Notes under the pieces: model-generated
What the model saw: the letters and a program-made list of their open reading frames with translations, nothing else
Database searches by the model: none
What the model was told of the DNA's origin: nothing
Shown here: positions 13,108 through 25,425 of the stretch, in pieces
How positions within the stretch are numbered: the stretch's first letter is position 1
Layout of the letters: each line of letters begins with the position of its first letter
Made by a program: the position numbers and the translations under genes
Source of the DNA: Squalus acanthias
Taxonomy: Eukaryota
Reading direction: 5' to 3'
Assembly (NCBI GenBank): GCA_030390025.1
Contig: CM059432.1
Location: 46,936,001 to 47,000,000 of the forward strand
DNA length: 64,000 bases

Positions 13108-14313
13108 CGTAAGATCATGGCTGATCTTTGACCTCAACTCCATTTTCCAGCCTGATCCCCATATCTCTTGATTCCCCCAGCGTCCAAAAATCTAGCTATC
13201 TCAGCCTTGACTATACTCATGACTGAGCATCCAAAGCCCTTTGGGGCAGAGAATTTCAAAGATTCACAACCCTCAGTGAAGAAATTCCTCCTCATCTCAG
13301 TCTTTAATGGCCGACCCCTTATCGTGCGACTATGCCCCCTAGTTCTAGACTCTCCAGCCAGGGGAAACAATCTCTCAGCATTTATCCTGTCAATCCCCCT
13401 CAGAATCTTATGGGGGGAAATTGGATGCCTTTGCGCCTCCCATTAGCACCCCCCTTCGCCCGGAGATCGTGACGTCATCGCCATGCGCATCGCCCCAGTA
13501 ACGCCCCAGACCCGAAATTGACTTCCTCCCCCTGCAGCAGCGCTGGTCGAAAGCACCGACAGCTGCAGGAGGCGTGTATCGGGCGGCCAGCCGCTTCGTG
13601 GGCGATGATTAAAGGTGAGGTGGTCGAGGTAAGTAAAAATAAACTTACATTTCTTTTTCCAATTTTTTTCGCGGGTTCCTGCCCGCGATCGATCAGCCCG
13701 GCACTCTGCTTGAGTGCTGGGCTGATCACGTCTGCTTTGGTGGTCCAGGTAGGTGCTTTTTAAATTGCAGAGCCTGCAGCGATGACCCTTCCCTTTCAGG
13801 GAGGGAAGGAACCTTTGAACGCAGCAACGTTGCACGGCCCAGTGTGCAGCGCTGCTGAAGTCTCTGCCCCGCCTGCTGCCAATTGCGCTCCAAGAAGGAA
13901 GTGGAGCGATTGATTTAGCGCTTCACTTCCTTCTTGGCATGCAAACGGCGAATTTTTCAAAAGTTTGAAATCGTTAGCGCCTGGCGCTAACTTTTCAAAC
14001 TTTTAAAAATTAGTGGCCCAAACGGGGCGATAGTGAATTTCTCCCCCTATATGTTTCAATGAGATCACCTCTCATTCTTCTAAATTCCAGAAAGTATAGG
14101 CCCATTCTACTCAATCTTCCTCATAGGACAACCCTCTAATCCCAGGGATCAATCCAGTAAACCTTCGTTGCACTGTCTCTAAGGCAAGTACTGTATATCT
14201 TTCCTCAGATAAGGAGACCAAAATTGTGCACAGCACTCCAGGTGTGGTCTCACCAAAGCCTTGTACAATTGTAGCAAGACTTCCTTACTCTTGTACTCCA
14301 ACCCCTTGCAATA
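13108..14313 (-). mobile_element. CR1 3' fragment interrupted by a MITE
   Basis: MFPLAGESRTRGH...RRNFF; sequence resumes after 14050. Confidence 0.88.
13412..14047. mobile_element. Harbinger MITE (GC-rich family)
   Basis: TIRs GGGGGGAAATT / AATTTCTCCCCC; TAT TSD; removal restores the CR1 sequence. Confidence 0.9.
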
Positions 14314-14819
14314 AACTGAAAAAACATTCCTTGCACTGTAACTATTATGGCTTATTTTTAAACCCAGATTTCAACATGTGGCAGACCGGGCAACTTGGGG
14401 TCAACCACTATGATGACCTGGGAGGATATCTGAAGGAAGTATCATAACGTTAAAGTGATTAATTAAGAACGTGGAAGATACTTAGGTCTATATTTTCTTC
14501 TTTTCCAAAAATGGGTTATGTTACTTTGTAGAATTTACTCCGCACCAATCAAAATTTCAGGTGCTCACGATTTTGCTGCGAATTATTTTGTGTAATTCCA
14601 TCGTAGGAACAATGCACCTTCGGTATTGCAGAGTTGCCACTTAACTCATATAAATTAAGAATATTTTGTTCATCGAGCTGTAGACTGCAAAAAAAATTTG
14701 AAAAATGGCACAATGAAAATTTAGAAATTTTGTCTCACTGGCCGGGATATGAAGGTCCTGTTAGATTGCATCTTTAGAAAAATGTGATGAGCATTTGGCC
14801 CAGTGGTCAGCCTACAAAC

Positions 14820-15240
14820 TCACCCAATATCCCTGTCCTCGTTGATCTACATTGGTTCCCAATGCCTCAAATTTCCTTGTGTTTGAATTCCTCCCTAGCT
14901 CTGTAACCTTTTCCAGCTACAACTCCTCCCACCCCAAGCTCTCTTTGCTTATGTCTCTGGCCTTGTGTGCATGCCCCCTCATTTCCCCCCCACCATTGGT
15001 AGCTGTGCATTCAGCCACTTGGGCCCCATGCTCTGGAATTTCCTCCCTAAATCCATCATCCTCTCCACTGCCTTCTCCTCCTTTAAGATTTTACTTAAAA
15101 CCCACCTTTTTGACTAAGTTTTTTGTCACCCTCCTAATAGCTCCTTCTTCGCCTCAACATCCATTTTTTGATCGTGTCTCTGTAAAATGCTATGTAGATG
15201 CAAGTTGTTGTTGCTGTTATTGTTGTTGGTGGTGCTGCTG
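14820..15240 (+). mobile_element. Old L2-like LINE 3' end
   Basis: CTCTGGAATT..CTCCCT, TTAAAACCCACCTTTTTGAC and GCAAGTTGTTGTTG tail. Confidence 0.55.
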
Positions 15241-16182
15241 CTTTGAGGACTAAAACCCAAGAAGTATTTAAAACTGGCTTGCTTTAATAATGCTTATAGA
15301 CAACAATTAGATAGGGATTCAGATATCTCAGAGTGCCACTGTACTATGCTGAGACACTCATTGGGCTTTATGATGAGATGTCCTCCATTAGTATCATGAA
15401 AATTGTGCAGTCAAGTGTCATTAATGTCAGCCCCAGTTCTGGGCGACCACATAATTCTGCAAAAGTGGCTACAGGCTTCACCTGAGAAAGTAATATGCCA
15501 ACGGCTAAGAACACTCCTGGCAGATAATCAGAATTATTCACAGATGAAGATAGCAGGCCTTCCAAATCAAAAATATGGTAACACACTATTGCTACTCCCA
15601 TGGCTAAGGGAACATCTAACAGTAGGGTAATTCACAGTTGTGCATGTATCACCTGTCTATGTTCAGTAATAATTGAAGATAAAAATTACAGATATATTTT
15701 CTGTATTTTAAGGTCAGAAAATGAATCTGTTTTGCTAATTTAGTCAACTTAGAAAACTTCCTCTATCTCAATCTTACTGAATGAAGTGACTACTGTAGCC
15801 TTGTCTACCTGTCTTTAGTGCACTTTATTCTTCTACAGTATTGAGAAAAACTTACATCTATTTCAGAAGCAAATGCACCTTTTATCATTTTAAATACTAC
15901 TTGAAATCTGCATATAAATTATTTAAATACAAACAGACCTGCATAACATTTTTCATCAGAAGCCAGAACAGAGATGACAAATAACAAAAGCAAAGGCAAA
16001 TCACAAATTTCTACTTGTTTATGGAATAAATCAACAATAGACATAAAGTACTTTCTCCAAGGAGAAAATGTAACCCAAAAATTGCACAGAATCCCAAAAG
16101 GTTTGCAGATGTGTTGTTTGTAAGTGTGCAGTATAATAGTATGGAAGCCCTAACTTGCATAGACGGAAAGGCTTTGTACAGT

Positions 16183-16530
16183 TTTTTTCATTCATTCATG
16201 GAATGTGGGCGTCACTGGCAAGGCCAGCATTTATTGCCCATCCCTAATTGCCCTTGAGAAGGTGGTGGTGAGCCATTTTCTTGAACCGCTGCAGTCCGTG
16301 TGGTGAAGGTACTACCACAGTGCTGTTAGGTAGGGAGTTCCAGGATTTTGACCCAGCGACGATGAAGGAACGGCGATATATTTCCAAGTCAGGATGGTGT
16401 GTGACTTGGTGGGGAACTTGGAGGTGATGGTGTTCTCATGCACCTGCCGCCCTTGTCCTTCTAGGTGGTAGAGCTTGTGGGTTTGGGAGATGCTGCCGAA
16501 GAAGCCTTGGCAAATTGCTGCATCTTGTAG
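16183..16530 (-). mobile_element. LINE family B (CR1/L2 group, poly-A tail) 3' fragment
   Basis: Reverse complement of the 3' end at about 28900-29255. Confidence 0.85.
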
Positions 16531-16537
16531 ATGTAGA

Positions 16538-16626
16538 ATTAAAAACAGAAAATGCCTGAAATACTCAGCAGGTCAGGCAGCATCTGTGGAGAGAGAAACG
16601 GAGTTAACGTTTCAGGTCGATGACCT
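16538..16626 (-). mobile_element. Penelope terminal-repeat fragment
   Basis: Matches 24304-24387; flanked by 13-bp direct repeat TTGTAGATGTAGA. Confidence 0.82.
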
Positions 16627-17202
16627 TTGTAGATGTAGATTTAGTTTGAGGGACTATTCTGTGTAGTTCCAACACTGCAGCCATTTCGAAAAGGCATACT
16701 TGCAGAATATGGAACAGCATGCCTTCTGGATTCTATGTGGCATGTAAAACTATTTGGCTGCTGCTACAAAAGTTGAAGACCTAGATAGTTCTGGCTTATT
16801 TTCACATTGCATAGGCCATATATACATAGAACTGTTTCTGATAAAGTCATACAAATAATTACTTTTTGTAGAAAATAACTTAATTTGATTAATTTGTTGA
16901 GAAGTCACAGAAACAGAAAACCTTTATACTTGTTGCATTTCATAATTTATACGTCATTGAATCCAGGTTGGATGGGAAAATATAACTAATCAGCTTTCCT
17001 GCTATAACATAAAAGAAAAGAAAACATATAGCTCCTTTCACGTCCTCCCAAAGGACATCCCAAAATGCTTTACAGCCAACTTTACACTGTTGTTATGTTG
17101 ACAAATGCGGCACACAGCAAGATCCCACAAACAATAATATAAATGAGCAGTTAATCTGTTTTTGGTGGTGTCGGTTGAGGGATAACGGTTAACTAAGACA
17201 CC

Positions 17203-17665
17203 TGTGTCAGCCATGGCTCAGTTGGTAGCACTCTCACTTCTGGGTCAGAAGGTTGTGGGTTCAAGTCCCACTCCAGAGAGTCGAGCACAAAAATCTAGGC
17301 TGACACTCCAGTGTCAGAGGGAGTGCTGCACTGTTGGAGGTGCTATCTTTTGGATGAGATGTTAAACCAAGGCCCTGTCTGCTCCCTCAGGTGAACATAA
17401 AAGATCCCATGGCACTATTTTGAGAAGCAGAGGAGTTCTTCCCAGTGTCCTGGCCAATATTTATCTCTCAATCAACAACACAAAACAGATTATCTGGTCA
17501 GTATCACATTGCTGTTTGTGAGAACTTGCTGTGCGCAATTGGCTGCCGCGTTTCCTACATTACAACAGTGACTACACTTCAAAAAGTACTTCATTGGCTG
17601 TAAAGTGCTTTGGGACGTCCTGAGGTCGTGAAAGGCGCCATATAAATGCAAGTCTTTCTTCTTTT
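17203..17665 (+). mobile_element. tRNA-derived Deu-domain SINE (SacSINE1/AmnSINE1-like)
   Basis: A box TGGCTCAGTTGG, B box GGTTCAAGTCC, Deu-like core AAAAGATCCCATGGCACTATTT...GTGTCCTGGCCAATATTTATC, L2-type tail. Confidence 0.85.
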
Positions 17666-17736
17666 CAGGAGAAATAGTGTTATGGGATTTTTACCTTCAC
17701 CTGAGCAGGTAGACAGGGCCTTGGTTTAGGAACATA

Positions 17737-18336
17737 GGGGAAAAATTTCGGTGTCGCCCCAGTTTAGCATCCTGAAAAAGTTAGCGCCCCTCCGCCTGAA
17801 ATTCAGTTGTAGCACACCAAGCAGGAACTGGAGCGCTACTGGAAGCACTCCACCTCCTTCTTGGGGCGCTACAACTGAATATCGCGGCGCTACATGCAAC
17901 TGCACCATGTGCGGCGGCACGTAGCGCCGCGTCATTGCAGGCCTCCTCCCCTGATTAAAAGGGAGGGCCGGGCTGAGCGATTGCGGCCGGCACCCCGAGG
18001 AAAAAAGGGGAAGGGGGCAGGTGCAGGCAGTCGGCCCAAAAGAAATGGCCGCCCGACACCTGCCCCTTTTACTAGTGCCGCCGCGGCTGCAAAAGTGCCC
18101 CCTTGACATCCGGCGATAGGTCAGGGGGCGCAACCGAAGTTTGCGGCCGGGGCGCGAGAAGGGCGCTGCGCACGGTGATGACGCCATCGCCGGCAGTGCA
18201 GCGTCGAGGGGTGCTACTGGCTACTGCTGCCAGTAACCTCCCGCTGAATTTCGCGGGAGGCATTAGCGGCGCCGCGCCTGGGCGCTAGGGGATTTGGGCG
18301 CTAACGAGAGGCGCAAATCAACCCAATTTTTCCCCC
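17737..18336. mobile_element. Harbinger MITE (GC-rich family, reversed relative to 13412)
   Basis: TIRs GGGGAAAAATT / AATTTTTCCCCC; ATA TSD. Confidence 0.9.
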
Positions 18337-18800
18337 ATAGGAGCAGGAGTAGGCCATTCAGACCCTTGACCCTGTTCCGCCATTCAGTTAGATCAAGGCT
18401 GATCTGTACTTCAAATCAATTTACCTGCCTTCGTTCCATATCCCATGATACTCTTACCTAATAAAAATCTATTGCACTCAGTCTTGAAAATTTCAATTGA
18501 CCCAGCATCCACAGCTTTTTGAGGGAGTGAATTCCAATTTCTACTCTGAGCGTGAAAAAGTGCTTCCAGATTTCACTGCTAAATGACCTGCCTCTAATTT
18601 TAAGGTTATACTATCTTGTCTGAATTCCACCATTGGAAGAAATATTGTTGTCTGTATTCAACCTATCAAATTCCTAAATAATTTTAAAAACCTTGATTAG
18701 ATCATCCCTCAAACTCTAAACTCAAGGGAATCCAGAACAAGATAGCTAAATTTATGCAACCTGTCCTCATAATTTAACGCTTTATGCTCTAGTAACATTC
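18337..18800 (-). mobile_element. Degraded CR1 3' fragment
   Basis: CR1 3' UTR motif and similarity to ORF2 C-terminal sequence. Confidence 0.75.
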
Positions 18801-20055
18801 TCATCCAAAATTCAGCACTTCTAATAATACAGAACTCAGTATTGCACAGATGTATCAGCCTAGATCACATGCTATGTACTGGAATGGGGCCTGAACCGAT
18901 GACCTACTGCCGCAGAAGCAAGAGTGCTACCACTGAGCCATGGTTGATCATTTATGGCCAATTATTACAAAAATGACATTCGGGTTCCTGCGCTGTTTTC
19001 ACAGCAGCAGGCAATCAGACTGAGGGTTTTGAACAGATGTTCTTTCACTCAGTTGGAGCTAAATTCTGATTTGTAACTAGATTCATTGAAGAAGTTTATC
19101 TTCTTCAAAATGAATTTGTCACACCTCAGTGATGGTGACATAATTCACACAGGTGCCAATGAGCATGATGATGTTTCATCAGAATGCCAATATATTGCAC
19201 AACAACAGATACAACAGTAAACGTCATCTGCCTGGGCTGCAAATAAAATCAAAAGCTTAACAAGCCATCACTATTGGATGCTTCATCATCCAGGAACGAC
19301 AGAATATTGATTTGTAAGCAGCCTACTGATCCTCTGAGTGTGGCCATGAATGACATTGTTTCTATATTGAATTGATCGAACTCCTTCCATTGTAATGATT
19401 CTCACACACTCTTGACTCTACTTTCCTCATCAAAGATCAAGTCAGGGTATAAACAGGAACATCAATATTAGCAAACACATTTGCTATTGCATGGTGTAGA
19501 CAGGAGCTCAATTCTACAATGTGCACCCATGATGTCTACGCTTTGAAGTAGATGGACCGTAAAGATACTCACACACTAACACACTTTCTACCTCTAAATT
19601 TCATCATTGCTTCTTTTGAATTTCAAACATTTTGAATTATTGCATTTGTCAGGTATTCAATCACCATCAACATGTATGCTGCTGATCTCCCTTAAATGAA
19701 CAAAAAGATGCTTCCTTTTCCTTTTTTTTCCTTTATTCATTCACGGGATGTGGGCGTCGCTGGCAAGGCCAGCATTTATTGCCCATCCCTAGTTACCCTT
19801 GAGAAGGTGGTGGTGAGCCACCGCTGCATTCCATGTGATGAAGGTACTCCCACAGTGCGGTTTAGGGAGTTCTATGATTTTGACCCAGCGACAATGTAGG
19901 AATGGTGCTGTATGTCCAAGTCATGATGGTGTGTGACTTGGAGGGGAACTTGCAGGTGGTTTGTTTCCATGCGTCGGCTGCCCATGCCCTTCTAGGTGGT
20001 ACAGGCCACGGGTTCAGGAGGTGCTGTTGAATAAGCCTTGGCGAGTAGCTGCAGT

Positions 20056-21018
20056 ACATAGAACATAGAACATAGAACAGTACAGCACAGTACAGGCCCT
20101 TCGGCCCTCGATGTTGTGCCGAGCATTGTCCGAGACCAAGATCAAGCTATCACACTCCCTATCACTCTGGTGTGCTCCATGTGCTTATCCAATAACCGCT
20201 TGAAAGTTCCTAAAGTGTCCGACTCCACCATCACAGCAGGCAGTCCATTCCACACCCCAACCACTCTCTGAGTAAAGAATCTACCTCGGACATCCCTTCT
20301 ATATCTCCCCCCATGCACCTTATAGTTATGCCCCCTTGTAACAGCTGCCTCTACCCGCCAAGGAATTCTCATGCCCCCTCCTAGCTCTCCTAAGCTCTTT
20401 TTTTAGCTCATTCCTTGCTACCTTGTACCCCTCAATCGACCCAACTGAACCTTGTTTTCTCATCCTTACATACGCTTCCTTTTTCCTCTTGACTAGACAT
20501 TCAACCTCTTTTGTGAACCATGGTTCTCTCACTCGGCCATTTCCTCCCTGCCTGACAGGGACATACCTATCAAGGACACGCAGTAATTGCTCCATGAAAA
20601 AGCTCCACTTTTCGTTTGTGCCTTTCCCTGATAGTTTCTGTTCCCATCTTATACTCCCTAATTCTTGCCTAATCGCATCATAATTACCCCTCCCCCAATT
20701 ATAAACCCTGCCCTGCCGTATGGCCCTATCCCTCTCCATTGCAATAGTGAAAGTTACCGAATTGTGGTCACTATCTCCAAAGTGCTCTCCCACATACAAA
20801 TCAAACACTTGGCCCGGTTCATTACCCAGTACCAAATCCAACGTGGCCCCAGCTCTTGTCAGCCTATCCACATATTGTGTCAGGAAACCCTCCTGCACAT
20901 ACTGTGCAAAAACTATCCCATCCGAACTGTTTGACCTATAAAGGTTCCAATCAATATTTGGAAAGTTGAAGTCACCCATGACAACTACTCTGTGACCTCC
21001 ACACCTATTCATAATCTG
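20056..21018 (-). mobile_element. CR1 with internal RT deletion
   Basis: APE endonuclease motifs (MGDFNFP, LDLVL, GDSDHN) joined at about 20350 to the ORF2 C-terminus and a (GTTCTAT)n tail. Confidence 0.88.
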
Positions 21019-21781
21019 CTTGTAGATGGTACACACTGCAGCCAGAGTGCATCGGTGGTGAAGGGAGTGAATGTATAATGTGGTGGATGGGGTGCCAATC
21101 AAGTGGACTGCTTTGTCCTGGATGGTGTCGAGCTTCTTGTGTGTTCTTGGAGCTGCACTGAACTGCACTCATCCAGGCAAGTGGAGAGTATTCCAGCACA
21201 CTCTTGACTTGTGCCTTGTAGGTGGTGGAAAGGCTTTGGGTAGTCAGGAGTGGAGTCACTCACCACAAAATACCCAGGGGGAAAATTCATCCCCTTAGCG
21301 CCTCCCGTTAGCACCAGTAGATGGCGCCAGTGGGATGCTAGACCAGTACCACCGGGGCTAGCTGAATCCAGCGCCGCATGCCAAATCTGGCCCTCCCGTA
21401 GCGCCACCAGTAAGAGGTATTGCCGGGAACGTCAACACCAGGTAGATCGTGACGTCAGTGAGTGTGCAATGCTCACTGACTGCCCGATTTGCAAAATTGA
21501 TTCTCGCCACGTACCTCACCACCTGGCGTAAACACCGACAGGTAGAGCTGGCGTGCAGCACCAGGAAGCCAGTGACGTTATTTAAAGGGGTCATCAGTAA
21601 TCATTCGCAGCTGTCAGGTTAATGCAGTTTCAGTGGTTTCAGTGGTTTTTTGTTAGTTTCACCCACTGCAACAGTTTCATTCAGTAATTTCAAGCTTCTT
21701 TTGTATCAGGAGTCTTCTGGCAACTAAAAAGTAGCTACATTTATTTTTCAAAGATTCAAACTGCTACACTTGGTAACATTA

Positions 21782-22060
21782 ATGGGGGCTGTACTGGCAT
21801 GCCACCTCACCCTCCAGGATCTACGGTGGAGGGAGTGTAGGCAGAGAGAAATACGGGAACATGTGCACAGAGAGATGAGGAGGGACATCAGGGCTCTCAC
21901 CAGGAGGCCTTACCCTCCGAGGGTATTGCAAGAGCACTTCCCCTACCTTCAATTAAGCGAGGAGCAGTGTATTAGATGGCTCTGCTTCACCAAGGAGGTG
22001 GTCACAGAACGCTGCCACCTCCTCCAAACAGACCTCCAGCCTCACACCAGGATGATTTAA
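21782..22060 (+). pseudogene. N-terminal fragment of Harbinger transposase
   Basis: RRPYPPRV..YLQLSEEQCIRWLCFTKEVV homologous to the 11967 ORF; catalytic core deleted. Confidence 0.82.
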
Positions 22061-22244
22061 ATCCCGATCCCCTTTGCTCACCACATCCCCATCATTCCAT
22101 CCCTCTCGCAGGCCATATCACAGCGCAAAGCTGAAATGAGAGACACCACAAAAAAATGGTAAGTGAAGTAATAAATTTATCAAAAAGTAGTAGACACATT
22201 TTTACACCAAAAATATTTACTTTTCACCCTTGTGCAGTCCCTTA

Positions 22245-24032
22245 GTGCCTGTCGTTACTGTGCCTTTTCCTGCTCTAGTGCTCCTACGAAGTGTTGGCCC
22301 AGTGGCTGCAGCACGGCTGGTGGAATGCTGCTGCGTGTCCATGCAGGAGGCTTCAGATGGCCTCGCAGGACATTCTCGACCAGCTCTGGACCTGGAAGGC
22401 CCAGTTGTAGACTGCACCACCTCAGCATAGGCGGCAGCAGTCTGGGCTGGCTGGATGAATGACAGGCAGCGACAAGGGCAATGGCGGAGTAGCAGTGGTG
22501 GGAGCAGGAATGCTCCACTGACCCACTCCCCCGGGGCAGCACCTCAGCATCCCTAGCAATCTGTTAGAGCACAGATTGCTGGCCTGTTGCGACACCGTGA
22601 AAGCCCCGGTCAATGGTGGTAGACCCAGCCACGATGGCAGCAGTCAGAGCTTGCATGGCATCAAGCTGAGACTGCATGAGAGCAGTTTGAGATTGGATGC
22701 CACCAAGCATAGACTCCATTACAGTACTAAGACATTGCGTCGCTTCTACCTGTGTTGCAATGGAAGCTGCCAAATTGCCCATCACATGTGGCATCAGGTC
22801 TGGGTCACCACGGCCTCTCTGGGAGTCTACCATCCTTTGCAGACTGGAAATGATGGGCTCCATGGTGTGCGCAGAGCTCTGTGCAATGTTGGAGGCGGAC
22901 TCTTCCATGCTCCTTACCATTGCCGAGAGGCTCTCAGGCACCCTTGCCATTGCACCTATCATCTCCGTGTGCATGCCCATCACCCTTTTTCTAAAGGCCT
23001 CCCCATCGAGGTCCTCATCTGAGTCCCTTGCAGCAGAACTCGCGCGCGAATTCACCCTCCAGGGAGCTGCCCCCCCCGAGCTACCCTTTCCCCCTGGTCT
23101 TTCTGCAGGCCATTCGTCCCCGGTGCCTCACCCTGTGCAGATTCCGCTACTATGCTAGCCTCAAAAGAACGCGTAGTGTCAGTATCTGAGCTGGTGTCTG
23201 CGGGTAAGAGATGCAGTGCCGCGGTGTGTTCTTCCTCCTCCTCTTCTCCCGCCTCGCTCTCTACAGTGCCCTCAGGGAAAGCATAAAGGCACAAGAGTCA
23301 GGTTAAGGTGAGGAGAGGGGTGCAGGAAGGGAGAATGCATGCATACAGCATAATTAGCTGGAAAGTGCAAAACACTTGTGGGGTGAGGAGGAAGTGGGAT
23401 GTGAGAAGAAGGATTAGGGATGAACATACCGTTGTTGTCCCAAAGGGGGTCAACGTTGCTGGTGGCCACGGCGCCCACAACCTGGTGCCCAATGATTTGC
23501 AGCACCCGATTCTCCAGCGCAGACCCCCACCTGTGCTCCCTCCTGTTGTATGCCACCTTGGCCTGCAAGAGAAAAGAAAGTGTGTGAGTGAGTGTGGAGC
23601 AATGTGTTTGGGTGATGTGCCTGCCATAGTTGAATAGCTGTCATTGTGTGCAAGGTGTGAGATGTGGGTGTGAGTGTTGGTAGGTGGAGATTGTTGGTGG
23701 GTGAGTGTTGGGGGTGCGGTGCTTTGGGCAGTGTTTGCAGACTGATGTTCAGATGATGGTATGTAGCATTTGTTGAAGCATTCACTCACCCTGACCACCC
23801 AAATGAGGCCGTTAAATTTCTTCCTGCACTGTGTGTGGGTCCTGGGGACCACAGTGCTGCCCGAGAGGTGCTGCGCTACCTCCCTCCACATGGTGCAAAT
23901 GTCTTGTGGTGAGGGCCTCCTGCCACTTACTGGGTAAAGCACCACCCTCTGTCTCTCCACAGCAAAAACCAATGCCTCCAATGCTTCATCAGACAATCTG
24001 CAGGCTCTCTCCCTGGGGCGTGGACCTGCCAT
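22245..24032 (-). pseudogene. Three-exon Myb/SANT-like (NAIF1/MSANTD-like) Harbinger gene, decayed
   Basis: Exon 1 24032-23790 (LSDEALEALV...WREVA...QCRKKFN, GTGAGT donor), exon 2 23562-23430, exon 3 from about 23272 with mutated acceptor, frameshift and stop. Confidence 0.85.
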
Positions 24033-24296
24033 GAGCACACCTGGGCTCCTGCTCCTGCCTCTGCTCCAATGTTGAGAATGAGGTGCTGCAGCATCAATGA
24101 CCCTCCCCTTTAAGTAGTGAAAAAAGCCTGTGGCAATGATGAGTTGCGCCTGGTGCTAATTCTCAACTTTTCTACTGACACCGCCCATTCCTTGGCTATA
24201 ACAAATTTCTAGCCCGCAGTCTCTAACCTGCTCTTGTGGCTACAGTATTTATGTGGCTGGTCCAGTTAAGTTCCTGGTCAATGGTGACCCCCAGGA

Positions 24297-25425
24297 AAAC
24301 AACAACAGAAAACGCTGGAAAAACTCAGCAGGCCAGGCAGCATCCATGGAGAGAGAAACAGAGTTAACGTTTCAGGTCGAAGACCTTTCGTCAGAACTGG
24401 AAAAAAGCAGGAAATTAAATAGATTTAAAGCAAGTATAATGCTGGGAAAAGGGGGAGGGGATAAAAGAACAAAAGGCAAGGGCAGTGGTGGGATAGAAAG
24501 CAGGAGAGATTAAGAGACATTAAGAGATAATCAAGGCAAGAGGAGGTGGTAATGTGACAGGTAGAGGCTAGATGAAGTGTGAACTGTGCTGGCAGAATGA
24601 AGGACAGCTGCCAGCTTCTGGGAGGGGAAAAAAAGGTCAAACAAAAGGGTTGATGAAAAAATAAAATAAAAATATATATATATGTGATAGGGGCCAAGGT
24701 TATGATCTGAAATTGTTGAACTCGATGTTGAGTCCAGAGGGCTGTAAGGTGCCTAAACGAAAGATGAGGTGCTGTTCCTCGAGCTTACGCTGAGCTTCCG
24801 TGGAACAATGCAAGAGGCTGAGGACGGTGAGGTAAGAGTGGGAGTGGAGCGGAGAATTAAAGTGACAGGCCACCGGGAGCTCGGGGTCCCCCTTACGGAC
24901 TGAACGGAGGTGTTCCGCAAAGCGGTCACCCAAACTGTGTTTGGTCTCCCCAATGTAGAGGAGACCACATCGTGAGCAGCGAATACAGTATTCTAAATTG
25001 CAGGAAGTACAAGTAAATCGCTGTTTCACCTGGAAGGAGTGTTTGGGGCCCTGGACAGTGGGGAGAGGGGAGGTATAAGGGCATGTGTTGCATCTCCTGC
25101 GCTTGCACGGGAAGGTGCCGGGCGAAGGGGAAGGGGTGCTGGGGGTGGTAGAGGAGTGGACTAGGGTGTCGCGGAGGGAGCGGTCCCTGCGGAATGCTGA
25201 AAGGGGAGGTGAGGGGAAGATGTGTTTGGTGGTGGGATCACGCTGGAGGTGGCGGAAATGGCGGAGGATGATCCGTTGAACGTGGAGGCTGGTGGGGTGA
25301 AAGGTGAGGACAAGGGGAACTCTATCGTAGTTCCGGGAGGGAGGGGCAGGGGTGAGGGCAGAAGTGCGGGAGATAGAACGGACACGGTCGAGGGCCATGT
25401 TAACCACAGTAGAGGGGAATCCTCT
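24297..25425 (-). mobile_element. Penelope-like element 3' part (GIY-YIG endonuclease plus terminal repeat)
   Basis: CKRRRCNTC, YCIRCSRCGLLYIGET, RFAEH, VACHF, GLN in ORF 24700-25420. Confidence 0.93.
24362..24398 (-). ncRNA. Minimal type I hammerhead ribozyme motif
   Basis: AGTT-CTGACGA-A-AGGTC-TTC-GACCT-GAAA-CGTT-AACT: conserved core, stem II, palindromic stem III, stem I AGTT/AACT. Confidence 0.75.

Larger units (their letters stand above)
17010..18947 (-). mobile_element. Old Deu-domain SINE split by later insertions
   Basis: Tail 17010-17200, middle 17666-17728 and tRNA head 18800-18947 match 49571-50046. Confidence 0.6.
21278..24216. mobile_element. PIF/Harbinger deletion derivative retaining the Myb gene
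   Basis: Ends GGGGAAAATT / AATTTCTAGCCC(G); apparent CAG TSD (or CCA/GCA if shifted one base); host LINE rejoins across it. Confidence 0.88.

Noticed and set aside
14368..14438. Exon-like segment after AAACCCAG
   Set aside because: Weak donor, phase does not fit the exon chain, and the minus strand is about equally plausible
15368..15630. Overlapping ORFs on both strands in unique sequence
   Set aside because: No recognisable motif and incompatible splice phases
17203..17280. tRNA gene
   Set aside because: It is a SINE head continuing into the Deu domain; the tRNA-like heads at about 2290-2360, 48441 and 50000 are likewise parts of retroelements
19000..19690. Possible ancient coding or Penelope remnant
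   Set aside because: No sustained motif match on translation
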